DNA from: Balanoglossus misakiensis
Lineage: Eukaryota; Animalia; Hemichordata
Assembly: GCA_040954595.2 (NCBI GenBank)
Contig: CM082576.2
Span: 3,384,760-3,448,759 of the forward strand
Direction: 5' to 3'
Length of the DNA stretch: 64,000 nucleotides
Positions 38,101-50,865 of this stretch are shown here, one piece after another. The stretch's first letter is position 1, and each line of letters begins with the position of its first letter. The notes beneath the pieces were generated by a model. It worked only from the letters and a program-made list of their open reading frames with translations. It was not told the origin of the DNA and made no database searches. Position numbers and translations under genes: made by a program.

Positions 38101-39375
38101 ATTTTTGAGGTGATTATTTTGAATCCTTGTTTTCATTTAAAGAAACCTTTGTTTTGTTTTGTCCCCGACAGTGGTACAATGACGTCAATCAAAAAGTTAT
38201 GCTAGCAAACGGTCAGCCAGTTCCTGTAATACTGTTAGCAAATAAGGTGAGACATGCGATGGTAGTCTGTGTATCTTGACATGTTTTTATTAAGTTTACA
38301 GCAAATCCCGTGTGCACTCAAGTAAATTTTATGTTCATTGAACACAGATTCTTTTATGAGGAAACAAAACAAGATAATCTACACAATTCAACAGAGCCGT
38401 GAATTATTTTCTTCTCTCTACAGTCTGATCTTGAAGATGTTGCGATAGATGACCAATCACTGGACTCGTTCTGTAAAGACTACAAGTTTATGGCCTGGTT
38501 TGCAACGTCCGCAAAGGAAGACAAAAATATAAGTAAGCATCTCAGAGTTCCTTTTTCCCCTGTAAAGATACAGAATTTGAACATTTTAATATAAGGTTTT
38601 ACATATAATCCCTGTGACACGAGGTACATGATGTTGGATGACAAACACTATATATAAGCAGCAAATTAACATCTAGCCCAGATGAATACTGAGACTGGAA
38701 ATGCAATGTTGTATGTGTGCACTGGAGAAGTGTTGCCATTATACCTTTCCGGTATGCTTGGATTGATGAACTACTGTCACAGGGGGGACAAAAACAAGAT
38801 GGCTGTGCCTTGAAGCGGCAGAGAGAGAGCAATGATCCCTGGGAGGAATAAGATCACTCATTGTTTATCTCTGTCAGTTCTGCATTAGCCTTGCTACTCA
38901 CCGTGCATAGCAACGGTTTTATGTTGCTTGCCGTGAAATAATGGCCTAATGCACGTTTAATAGGAAATTATGGCCCATTTGGTGCCGAGCAAGTCTGGAA
39001 TGAAGGTGCAGTTGGACAAAATATGACAATTTGGTAATTAAATTTTGATGGGGGAAACAGAGCGGATTAATATGATAGTCCCAGCATGACTGACGTTTGA
39101 TGTTGCCATGGCACCGTCTTACAATCTAAATATTAGAAACGTGTCAGGAAGGATTATGCTTTGTGACTGATCCATAAATGCTATCAACTTTCTATTGTGT
39201 TGTCTCTCCCCACATTTAAGACGAGGCCATGGAATTCTTAGTGCAAAACATACTCCACCTTACCACGGAAGACAGGCGGCAAGACGAATGCATCATGTTG
39301 CCATCGCACACATATCCGGACGAAATGGATGAAGTCGAGGATCCTCGAAAGGAGCCCTGCTGTTTAACTGCGTAG
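32138..39375 (+). CDS. Rab32/Rab38/Rab29-family small GTPase (Rab32LO-type), 227 aa; exons 32138-32234, 32717-32721, 33517-33544, 33802-33898, 34229-34285, 34437-34469, 34914-34941, 38172-38246, 38424-38532, 39221-39375
   Basis: The assembled protein has EHLYKILVIGEFGVGKTSIIRRY, YKLTIGVDFALK (FALK is diagnostic of the Rab32 group), WDIAGHERFGHMTRVYYK, LANK, TSAK and a C-terminal CCLTA prenylation motif. It is 684 nt, in frame, with all GT-AG junctions. The ORF track misses it because the exons are short. Confidence 0.92.
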
Positions 39376-42300
39376 AAGTTTTGAGATATTTACATATTCA
39401 TAAGAAAAGGCAATAAGTCATTTCTGGCTGTGCTGGTGTTCTCCCAACTTTGAAGTGGAACATTCCTACGCGAATGCAATATCTGGAGCTTGGGGATCCA
39501 TGCTGATGGCCCGCGACAATTTACTTTTGGACTGGAGACTGTGTTTTAACTATATAGGGCTTTCACGTACCAAACTCCACCATGTCCTGGTCCTATGATC
39601 TTTAACATGGCGTATGCTGTACTGTCATTTCAAAACAGGGAGAGATTGGATGGGGTCTCTGAGGTTTGCTCTATTTATAAAACGTGGGATTGGTTTACCC
39701 ATTCTTTTCACTGGTCAGTAAACTTTTTTCGCAGACAAATCAAACCATGTCTTCGTTTTCATTCTTAGTTTGCCATTTCTTTGGTTTAAGTTTCATGTGA
39801 GAAAATACTCTTGTATTGTGTATGAAACAGTGAATTGTCAGGTGTCATAAAACCTTCGTAATCCTGTTTACAGCCAGAAGACTATAATGAATATAATATT
39901 AATAACAATATGATTGTATTTTATTTCTTTAAAAATACTGAATCATCTTTGTCATCATTTAATATTCTGTGAAACAAAAATATGGAATCTAACTTTTATA
40001 ATGCAGATTTTACCATTTCAAACAGTACTTTTAGGATGTGTGGATCTGATTGGGTGGCTTTGTGCACCAACTTTTTTTACTTCGCAAATTGGCACGGTAG
40101 GCTGTTTCAGGCTGAGAGAAGCAGAGAGAAAAAAACTGTCTGCATCCTTTGTTGTTAAGGCATCGTTGGTGATCCTGCAGAAAAAGAGCCAGACTTTTTA
40201 TTTTTACTTTCTCATCAAAGAAAGCAAGACATCCATCCAGTAAACTCTGTTTATGACTAGACAATGACAGAGTTTATGAAAATAATCAGTGTACTGTGAT
40301 GCACTGCACACCTCCAGCATCAGTAATGTGCCTTCAATGTCTTAAGAGAGAACTGTTATTCTAGAGTGTACTGGTACTTACATAATTTCAACACTTCCAT
40401 CTGGTTGGCTGTTGACAGGCTCATCGCCATAATGCCAGTGTGGCTTGAATTCGAGATTTTTCTTTTACCAACCTTTAGGGTACAATTATTTTCCTTTGCG
40501 AATCATTTACCACTCTAGCTGTTGGTGCGCAGTCGACCTGCTGGCAATATTCAGATGGTTGCGCTGTCGTTAATGTGGTGCTATGAAAATCGTTCAAAGC
40601 AAAGTCAGCACATTAATGACACAGAAAGGGTCAGAAAGATTGCCAGGAGAAGAATTATGAACCTACAGCTATCACAACCCACTGCCTGCCAATACCAGTT
40701 GTGTTTTTGTCCCTGTATTTTATCCAATTTTAATTTGTAGTGAGTAGGTCTACTAATAAATTAGAAATTTTTGTCGCATTTTCTTAAACAAATATTTGTA
40801 AGATTTTACTGAGAAATGTTCCAAAACTTTTAAAAATAGGATAAACCTGAGATGGGTGGCTTGACAAACTGGAACATAATATGTTCAAAGGCAATTTTTA
40901 CCATGGTCACTTTGTATGTTACCAGTACTGTAATTGTAGACAAAAGTGTAATTGGTTATATTTTACGCAATTCTAAATCCATGTCCCTGAGGGACTCTTG
41001 TAAGCAAAATCCTGTGATATACAACTCTAAAGAGTTAGTTTTTAGTCAGTCTTTTATTTTTTTATATACATGTACTGTCGGTTTCTCACCCATTCTGACT
41101 GATTTCAGACAGCAATCATGGAGACCGTTGTGGACCAGTCTGTTTTGACTTTTTACAAACCGCTATAAAATACAGGGATCATTTTGCTATCATTTCCTTC
41201 CATGTGCCAATATTTTGGATGAAAAGAGGTTCTTTCCATCATCCATACTAATATGCTGAGGCTCGGGTAAAAGATTTACTCAAGAACCAACTTGAGAAGG
41301 GATGTTACTATCATCCTTTGACTGTATAGGGTACTACATGTTGTAGTTTAGAGTTGTACATGTACATACAAGATTTAATTCCTTATGGCCCTGAGTAATA
41401 AGTTAGATTTTGGGCAACAATGTGCAATTTTATAAATAAATTAACCAGTTATCCTTAGTGTGTAGTTTTGCTGTTCTTTGTGTGCAAATATGATCAACTG
41501 GAATGCATTGAACCCAGCTGAATTTCCTGAATTCAATCACACCAGTGTGAGTTGTACATATTCAACAAGAATGCGTGAGTGAGCTGTATGTGTGATGTGG
41601 TGTACACACTTAATTACATTCCAGTCACGAATGAAGACACGATTTTAATACTTAGCAACAGACCGAGCTTGGAAACACAACCTTTGGCTGCCAGTCTTGC
41701 TCAGGGGTCTTTCCCTCATTATTATCTTGCAATGTCTCCAAGTGCCAGAATGACCAACTCTGCCTGTGGTCAGATTTCTAATCACTTCCCGTCTATAAAC
41801 CTTGTTATTGATGTTTGGACTACAGAAATTGCACGGTGAGAAAGCCCTCGGGACGTGAATGCATGTATAAAACTGTTGTAGACTTGGCTCAGGAATATGC
41901 ACGTAGTATGGTAGAAGTCTGGGCCATGGAGACATATTTACTGTCAAACACTCAATATAGTGAAATGATCTTTGAATTTTTTAAATTAATAACAACATAA
42001 AAGCTACAAATCACTGCCAACTCTGCCTGAAGCACTATATTTTTGTCAGCACAGAAAATACATGATGAGAATGAAAGGTAGTACATGTAATAGCAAATGT
42101 TGCATCTTAGCTGCTGTTGACATCTTGGTGTACTACATGACCCTCAAAACATTAACCATTTCAAGGTCATTGAGAAATTTCAAGCCATCGTTCAGCAAAA
42201 AAGTGACTTGATATTTCAACTGTAGAGTTTGAATATAGTTAATTAGAAGCCATTGGCAATTAAACCCCGCATTTTTATTATTGATACAGTCCTATCTCTA

Positions 42301-43560
42301 GTAATGTGATAACAATTCCGGTATCAGAATTTAGAACCGGAAATGCACTAGTCACGAACCCAGCCTTCAATGTCGCCATGGCAACCTAGTGAAGCAATGC
42401 GATTCTTGAAACAGAGTGGTAACATTTTTGAAAAGTGCCTTTTATTGTGCTTGTCCACCTGAACTACAAATAGCCACTGGCTCTTCATTAAGACGCTTCA
42501 GATTTACAGCTCGGTGTCTCAGTGTTCAATTTGGCATGATGATGACTCAGCACACTCTCCGTGAAAACATCTGAATTCACTTCCAGGCTTGCCTCAGACC
42601 CCAGACGATGCCCAATGCATTGTGGGTACTCCGGTCTGCCATAGATCCAGGTGATAGATGAAGAGTGAGCGAGGATTTGGCAGCGTAGGTGGTGTTGTAC
42701 GTACACAGCTAGGGTGGCACAGAGCATCAGTGTAACCACCTCGTGAATATTGAATACCTCAGAGAGGAGTAACAATTTAACACAATAATGGACTAATCAG
42801 AAACGGCCAGTGTCCTTCCCTCAGGTCCTTCATTATAGGCTAAATGAAAGTTTTCATATGGTTGGAGGGTTATGTACTGTCGTCCGCCAGAATGCATCGG
42901 TAGACACCTGACTAGACAATTACCGGGCATGCCAACAGGCAGGCTTTCTGTCTGTACTTTTAGTGGTTTACGAGGAATTTTTCTTTCGCAGTAAATGTCA
43001 GTGTGATCAATAAAGCCATCGGATGTGACAGGATCTTCACAGGCTTTCAACCACACCTAAATATCCTCAACAAAAAGACACAATTCTTATATTTCCAGTG
43101 TAATGTTTTACTTAACTTTCTTGTCTTTTTATTACAATTAATGACTAATTAATGCAAATTGAACAGCTTGTCCGTACAGTGTTTTTATGAGCATTTTTTT
43201 CCTGCGAGTTTGAACAGGGTCACACTTGGCAGTACAATGTGACAATGCAAATGACTTCTAGGAATTTCTGTAAATGCAACAATTTCAAACATTCTAGACT
43301 ATTATCAGTTGCAGACATGGACATTGAGTTGGCAGGCCTTGATCAATACATTACAATGTATTTGCTTTTTAATTCAAAAAGATTCGTGGTACTGGTAGCA
43401 AGTTCATCAGGCAGGCTTCCTGATTGGTGATACATGATGGCTACAGTTGATTGAAACCAGTCTGTGTTTTTTCATCAAGCAAGGTACCAAATGCAAAAGA
43501 AATGTCACTGAAGAAGACGCTAGATTCTTTAAGGTTGTCCAAGAAATGAAGTGTTTGCTG

Positions 43561-44225
43561 TTATCTTCCAGAGATGCCCTGCTGTGCAGCTATAACGTTT
43601 TCATTTTGTTGCACCTGGTATTCCTGGAATCTCTGTGATATCCTTTGTGTCATTTTCAGGTATTTGTCCATGCAGTGCTGTGTGCAGCTATCCTGTTTGA
43701 CAATGGGGGAGAGAGAGAGAATTACAATAAGAGAGTGAAAATGAGAGGTGGGGTGAGGGGGGGGGGGAGGTAGGGAGAGCATGAACACATTGGAGATGGC
43801 AAAGATTCTTGTAGCTGAGAGTGGTTGAATTATTTGTAATGTTGCATTTTTAAGTAACTGAAGTAGTGTACTGCCAAGCATCCAAATTGGATTTGATCTA
43901 ATTTCACTTATGGGTGTAGCAAACTATAGTGAAAGGTTTAACTTTACGCCATGGTATGGAAACATTCAGAATTGTTGTGTTACTTACCTCATTGTCAGAT
44001 ACTTTTCTTGTTGTTAAATCATTGACACAGTCTGTGAAGCACATCTCTGACAGTCGGTTGTACGATAAGAGAAACTCCCGAAACTGGAAAAAAATTAGAT
44101 CTGTTTCATTTCACCAATTCTGTTATGGGAAATATGATTGAATGAAACACATGATTCAGTACAGACAGATTTACCTGTTTGACTTCTGCCTGTTGCTGTT
44201 GTTGTGGTGTCAATTTCAATGCCAT
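43561..44225 (-). CDS. TIMM9: Mitochondrial small Tim chaperone Tim9, 92 aa; exons 44225-44175, 44083-43988, 43692-43561
   Basis: [17 protein letters not shown]|[32 protein letters not shown]|[25 protein letters not shown] has the twin CX3C motif and the Tim9-typical [15 protein letters not shown]. Confidence 0.95.
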
Positions 44226-44957
44226 ATTTAAATTATAATATTATATATTAGATATTGAAGACCTGGATCTGTTGAAAAAATCAATTATACAGATAACATC
44301 ATTTGTTATGATCACTTATGTATTACTTAATTACTGAAACACCAGAAGTATGACTATGATTGAAGAAAGGGCACATCTCAGTCACTCATTGGATCTGTGA
44401 CTGGAACACGAAACTGCTAATGTAACACTGAATAATTCAAATACCCGAAATGTTTTACTTGTGCAGCAGCCAGAAACCCTTTATAACGTTTAGCGCTGGC
44501 TTGTAAATCAAGTTTGCGACAAAATAAACAGTATTTACTAGTTATCAGCGCACCTCGTGCAATCTTCGCTCCAGTGGGAGGAAATAAATAACCAACAAAT
44601 GACAATTTTCCCGATACCAAAGTGTTAAACTTGTTTTCATTGGTCTAACTTTGGGATGTGTCCTATTTGACCAATCATATGACCCGTTTCTTTCACGCTA
44701 GGAAATTTTAATAGGCTCGGGATTCAAAATGGCGACTAGGTAACCAAGTGTTTGTTGATGTCGTTGCAAAGTACAGATTTTCTAGATAATTTAGTCGAAT
44801 TTAAGCGATCGAGGAAGGTATACCGCCCGGTGGTGAACTAAACGAATAGCTGTCGCTCGCTCATGCGGCTACGACATCTGCAACAGGGTCGGTGCAGAGT
44901 GACATTGGTTCGAAACAAGGTTCCCATAGGACAAGTACAGGAATTGCAGGTGTAGAC
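44226..44957. promoter_or_regulatory. Bidirectional promoter region shared by TIMM9 and KIAA0586
   Basis: The start codons are 733 bp apart and divergent. CCAAT boxes lie on both strands (about 44639 and 44671), a YY1-like AAAATGGCG is at about 44726-44734, and CpG is locally enriched. Confidence 0.6.
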
Positions 44958-47900
44958 ATGTTTACGCCAGACCAACACGTTCAGCCAAGAACTGAAAACA
45001 TGGACGAAATGCAAGCAACGTCGACTCCGGGCGCAGATATCGGTAAATCGGAGACAGAAATGACTGACGGTAAGTCCGATTTACCAACTGGTGTGTCACC
45101 AACAGTACCCGGGTTAAACTTGAGCAACAACACTTCCGGGAGTTCGAGCGCTAGTGACATACTCATCCGATCTACGGTAGTCGAACCACCCAGTCAACTT
45201 TTGCATAAACTGTCCCAGCTTGGTGTGTCAGCTGCGAGTATTTCGAGTATATCAAGCTCAAACAGTTCGATTGATGGTACAAAGAAGGTCAAGGTGAAGG
45301 CAAAACACCTGAGGGAAATAAAATCCCCGTTTGGAGAGGATGGAGAAAATGGGGCAACACCAAAGCCACAAGTTCCCCCACCCTTGTTTCCTGTTGAGAA
45401 GACAAGGGAACAGCCAAAAAAGCCAGGTAAGTTATCATATCTGTCTGTTGACATGTAAGACTAGAGGTAATCAGCACCACATAAAATGATGTCATTCACA
45501 ACAAAACAAAAATAAAATAAACAACATCATCAACACTGAGTCAGTAGCAAAAAGAAAACAACAACACAGGCAACAATCAGGGCAAAAGGATAAAACAGAA
45601 AAAGTCTTAAGCAAGATGTTCATTAAAAGTCAAAAGCTGCTGAACTTGATAAATCAATTCCCAATTCATCCATTAATAAGTTGTGGTATCACTTGTCATA
45701 AAAGTGATGTAGTTTCGAACTAAATTTGTTTCTCAGATCCACTGGATAATGGTCAGCCCATTGTGTACTCAACAAGGCCCCAGAGTACCACTAGCAGTGG
45801 TTCTAGTGCAAGTGGCAGAGATGCACCACCCCAACCGCTATTGTCATCTTCATCATCAGAAAACAAAGCAGAACGAGCCAGTGGAGACTCCCAAGAGTTG
45901 AGATCATCATCAGAGAATGATGAAAATCAACCTCCGAGAGATACTCAACAAGTCACTGTAACTACCAAAAAAACAGAATCCAGAAAAACAAAACCAGGAA
46001 AGGTGGTAAGTGATATTACATTAATTAGTACAAATTAATAATTGTCCCCAAGGCATAATGCAAATGACGTAATTTGGAAACATCTCAATAGTGCGGTCAG
46101 ATTTTATAATTTTCTTCTACTGTTGTATTGCAGTCTGCTGGTGGTAGTTTTCTGAGGCAAGGATCTCCAGTTGATGGAATGGCATTTACAGAGTTGTCAA
46201 GGCAACAGGAAGAAATTGCTGTCACTGACTTCAGACTGGATGGCAAAGCAAAACTTTTACGGGAAAACTTCATCAAAAGGTCAGAAACTAATACAATTTG
46301 GAATCTATAAAAAAATCATTCTAAACATCACTTTTACAGCATTGGAAAAGATGCGTCCAAATCAGGACAACTCATTGCTGACAGCTGTCAGTATTTAACC
46401 CACAGCAGGAGCAAACCGATTATACCCAGGTATCCTAATTACCATCTGCAATCTGACTGAGGAGAACTCTCTTATCTTTTCAGGCCAGTGAGCAATGCCC
46501 CCGTAAAGAAGATAGTCCAACCTAAGTTGATTACAAAGAATCTCCCAAGAGTGAACGTCGACTCGAGGGGAGAGCCCACATCAGCCGGAGCCGTTGCGAG
46601 GAGCCAGCTGGCGGCAGGAAGGGACCCCGAGGCAGCCAGTATCTCCACTGCAGCCGCAGCTACTGCTGCAGCAGTTGCCGCAGCAGCGCCCATGTTGAAG
46701 GTAAATCCTGCTGCTGTAAAATATGTTTTGTTTGTGCAACTTAATGATCTGTTGGCATTTTACATACCACTTGCATAAATTATAGTGATATAATAATGAG
46801 ATTAGCATCAACTGCCGTTGAGTTGTTTGTGGCGATTACTGTAATTGACTAAATCGTCGGGTGTTCGTATGGACAGTTATCAAACTTGAAGTCTTTCACA
46901 CGATAAAGCCCCAAAAAGTGACAGTGGTCACTGGTGCATTGAAGAAGATGATTAACACGATGGCAGTCATTGCGGATAGCTGCTGGGTCAGAAGATGATA
47001 TCTGTGCATGTAGTCAGAAATAGTGTGTGCTGTTCAGTGAGAAAAGTCAGTATTCATGAATCAGTAATGGCAACCTCCATTTCACCCTGCTGAAAACCTC
47101 AGCTTGCCTCAATTCAAGAACATCTATACATGGGGATTGAAGTTTATTGTAAATATCAAAAACTGAAGCCCTTTTAAATCTATTATGTGAAATAGTTCAA
47201 AATGGAAGTAGGAATTCAAAATAAATATTTGTAATTTCTTGTACAAAATTTTTGACAAAATTATTGAACACTCGTTCAAATCAACACACAAATCTGTCTG
47301 ATGTATTCCGTGCGATAAACTCACAATGTCATGTATTTGTCCTGTTTGCCCAGGCACAGAGTGACGTTGACGCCAAGCTGTCGACGATCATGGAGAAGTT
47401 GTCTTCTCTGGAGGAAGCCCGACAGAGAGCTGAGCAACAAGAGCAGATGCAACATGTGACAGAACTGGAGAGACAGGTGACTGAACTGACGCAGATGAGA
47501 ATCAAACATCTGGAGGATTTACAGCAGCAACAACTACAGTTGCAAGTAAGTGGAGTGGATGAAATCACTGTGAAGATAAGTTAGTATGACTGGTGTCGTT
47601 GGTCAGAGTCTCGTTACATACAGACAAACAGACAGAAATATGGCTGTTGGACTAAGAAAGATTTTACATGTTATATTCCTTCACTTTGTCTGTTACAGGC
47701 CAAATTTTTGGAGAGTAATACCAAAACCACCTCTCAGACAGACCCCGGTCCACCATCAGCCCTGCAGACTTCCACCCCAAACTACTCATCATCAGCACCT
47801 GTCTTGACCCAGCACGCCAGACAACAGGGACCTTCCACTGTGGCTGCACACAAACCACACAGGTACCAGCCGGCTGTGACATTCCACCCAAGGACAGAGG

Positions 47901-48410
47901 AAAGTCCAATACACATCAGCAAACCCACACAGACATCTCCCCTGGACACCCCAGCACCCAGGAAGAAGCCACCCACACCTCTGACCTCAGAGACCTCCAC
48001 TCTGCCGAAACCAGGTAGGTTGCAATAATTTTAGACACAAGCAAAAATAAATCAACTATCATATTACTATCATAGGTGTAATTAAATTTTTTTGCAAGCT
48101 GATAGGAAAGAAACATGTTGCAGGTATCTTGGAAACTGTGTAACTTGGTCCCTCTGCATCCATCCACTGTTACAGTAAACTGCAGAGAGAAAGAAATGAA
48201 TCAATTTAGTTTGTATTATTTGCTTACATCACAGAAATTCGTCAGCAGTAAGAGCAAGTATTTAAAGTATAACATTGACGTTTGTTTTGATTGTGAAGGA
48301 GGCCGTGGGTTATTGGAGGAGATTCTGTCTCCGAGCAACAATGACGCTGTGAGAGATGTACCCACACCGGTCAGGGCGACCCGACCTGCTCTGGACAGTG
48401 GCTTGGACAG
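44958..48410 (+). CDS. KIAA0586: TALPID3 (KIAA0586) centriolar/ciliogenesis protein, 5' portion (about 573 aa, no stop); exons 44958-45426, 45737-46005, 46134-46279, 46484-46700, 47354-47545, 47699-48014, 48299-48410
   Basis: STAAAATAAAVAAAAPMLK|AQSDVDAKLSTIMEKLSSL...RIKHLEDLQQQQLQLQ and SPLDTPAPR match recalled vertebrate TALPID3 motifs ([46 protein letters not shown]). It is head-to-head with TIMM9 as in human. Junctions are in frame. The start codon choice is uncertain. Confidence 0.85.
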
Positions 48411-50849
48411 GTAAGTCAATCAGACAGTGCTTAGATCTATGTAACAATCCAAGATTACTAGTATGAGTTGGTGTGTGGTTACCAAAGCAACGACAGCAAA
48501 CACACATGCATACACACACACACTATCTTCACCTGATGGCCTTTATACTGGTGAATGATGCAGCTCAAATATATACTTCATTAGCAACACTTATTTTTAA
48601 TGTAAGTACATCAGGAGTGCTTTACAATGAAAACAAAGCTCTCCTGTCTTCATAACATTATGACTGTTTTTATGCCCTTCTAACAGTCTAAATTATTAAT
48701 ATATTTAAGTTTTTAAAGGTTACTCTTTCATGCTTATTCGCCCCCTAAAATTGCGTGGTTGTGTGTGTGTGTCCAGATTTAAGGACACAACAAGAGTCGG
48801 GAATTCAAACGAAACTATGCAGTACTGTCAACACTTCAGTAAAGTGAAATCGCCCAGGGGAAGTGTTCTACTTGCAGAAGCATCGGATGAGGTTTTACGA
48901 AAACAAGTCACATATCGACACTTTGTTAGAACCGTGGCGGTGATTATTTAGAAGTTTTACTGCTGCCGGCTGATTTCTCACTCTTGTCGGAGAAGAAAAA
49001 GCCCACGAAGTCACTAATGTTGGCTCAGTGCCAAGGCTAGGGGGCTCTGTTTTCAGTGACTGTCTTGTTTGTAAAACACACAACAACACACCTGATACAG
49101 CAGTAGCATTTCGTAGAGTTCTGTTTGGACAAAATTTTGGCCAGCAGAAATAAAAAGACTCTTCTCAGTCACAACAATCACATATTGACTTGGAAAGATG
49201 ATTTTCGCTTGAATCATCGTGACTTCCGAATCAGTCGTTTGTTCAGCCCAGACTAGCCAGAGGCAAGCTGTGATATTTTCACAACTGGTTTGACTTGTCA
49301 AACACTTTAGAAGCCAACTTCATCGCTGACTTGATCACAGTGGTGCTCAAACACGAAAACTGCCCAAAGTGAAATTAGCCAAATTAAAAATCCACTTGTC
49401 GCGTCGTGATTGTGATGGCGGCGAGAAAGGACATTGCCTTTTTTTCGACCCTTGTAGTGCCTAACTATAGCAACACCGTCGCTTGAGCAAATTGACACTG
49501 TCTGCCTGAATTGCCCTGGGGAAAATAGCCAAAATATTCACTTTACAATTTGAATGTTGTGTTTTTAACAAGTGAAGATGGCCATAAGGTGATTCAAGAG
49601 AAGATTCTGCTAAGGTGATATTTACAAAATCTTGCGAATAAGATTTTTCATGCCTTGCATGTTATTATGTATACAGATAAGTTCTGTTAACTCCTCTGTA
49701 TGTTTGTGTGTGTTACTGTGTGGGTATGTTTTGATGGGGAAAAATGTGTCTGTATTTGTTCTCAAATGTTTGTCTGCATTTTACATTCCAAATACGTAGC
49801 TGTTGTGGCATAATTTTCTGTCTAATTTTAGGCCATCCTTGGTGGTCAAGTGTTTGCCTCACTGACACCTTGCGATTTCTCAGCTGCTTGTTATTTCCCC
49901 CTTGTAAACAAGGCATTCAACTCAATTTCAAGAAAGCCATAGTGTTTGCATTTTCTTTTATTCAGTGGGGAAAGATAGGACTTCAGTCTATCACAACCTT
50001 TTGATATTCTTTGTTATTTGATAAACAATGTTGGTGTTTTTATGAAGCGAAAAATGTCATTTTAAGCACATTGTGGAGTTTTACGAAAAATTATTAACGT
50101 TATTTAATAAGCATACACAAGATTTTTGAGCTGTTCCTGCTCATGGTTCTGACCAGTCTTGTGGGAGACTTAATAACAAAGTGCGCCCTCTCTAGTTGAT
50201 AATGAGTCAGATGAGAGGAGCCGCCCCAACTGCCCAGTAGCTTCCAATTCCTAAAGGTGATAAGTGCATGCAACTTCTTTCTAGTAGGGAATGTGTAAAA
50301 CGCCAAAGTATTACTATAAGAGAGATTTCCGTGCAAAATTCAAGTCATCTTAAAACGCTGCTTCCTCCCAGGGGCTGTCTAAGTAATGATACTGTGTCGG
50401 TTACAAAAATCAATGCATCCATTAATTTGAGCCCTGCAGCGGTGCAGCGCAGAGAGGAACGGTCAGCTTTGTTCGATGTTCAGTTCTCCCCCTCTGGCTC
50501 TCTCGCTTCTTTCTGTGAGTGAAGTTGACTAATGGAAGCTTTTCATGGTGCAAACGAGTGGGAGAGTGGAGAAAACATGCGAAAACTGTGATTGGCCCAA
50601 GGCCGTGGAAATTTACTTTGTCAGCAAGACGTGGCAGTGAAAGGAAAGCTATATTATAGCTGGGAGATGAGGGAGAGAGCGAGAGAGAAAAAAGTACCCC
50701 TTCCATTCGGGAAAAGTCAAAGGAAGAGGGGGGGGGAGAGATGAGGTGGTGGAGCGTGAGGAAGAGAAGCGAAGACTGTGAAACGCCCCGAGGATGACGC
50801 ATTGGATTGGAGCTGTCGCACTGAGTGAGTCAAACAATTCTCCCTCCGT

Positions 50850-50865
50850 CATCATCATCATCATC
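50850..50865. repeat. Short (CAT)n microsatellite next to a GA-rich tract
   Basis: catcatcatcatcatc, with a purine-rich stretch at 50660-50770. Confidence 0.7.

Noticed and set aside
42488-43056. Two consecutive minus-strand ORFs downstream of TIMM9
   Set aside because: They have no recognisable homology, are interrupted by stops, and could not be joined into a coherent model.
18491-44225. Co-location of TIMM50 and TIMM9 as a mitochondrial-import cluster
   Set aside because: They are separated by four unrelated genes, no shared regulatory signal is visible, and chance linkage is a sufficient explanation.
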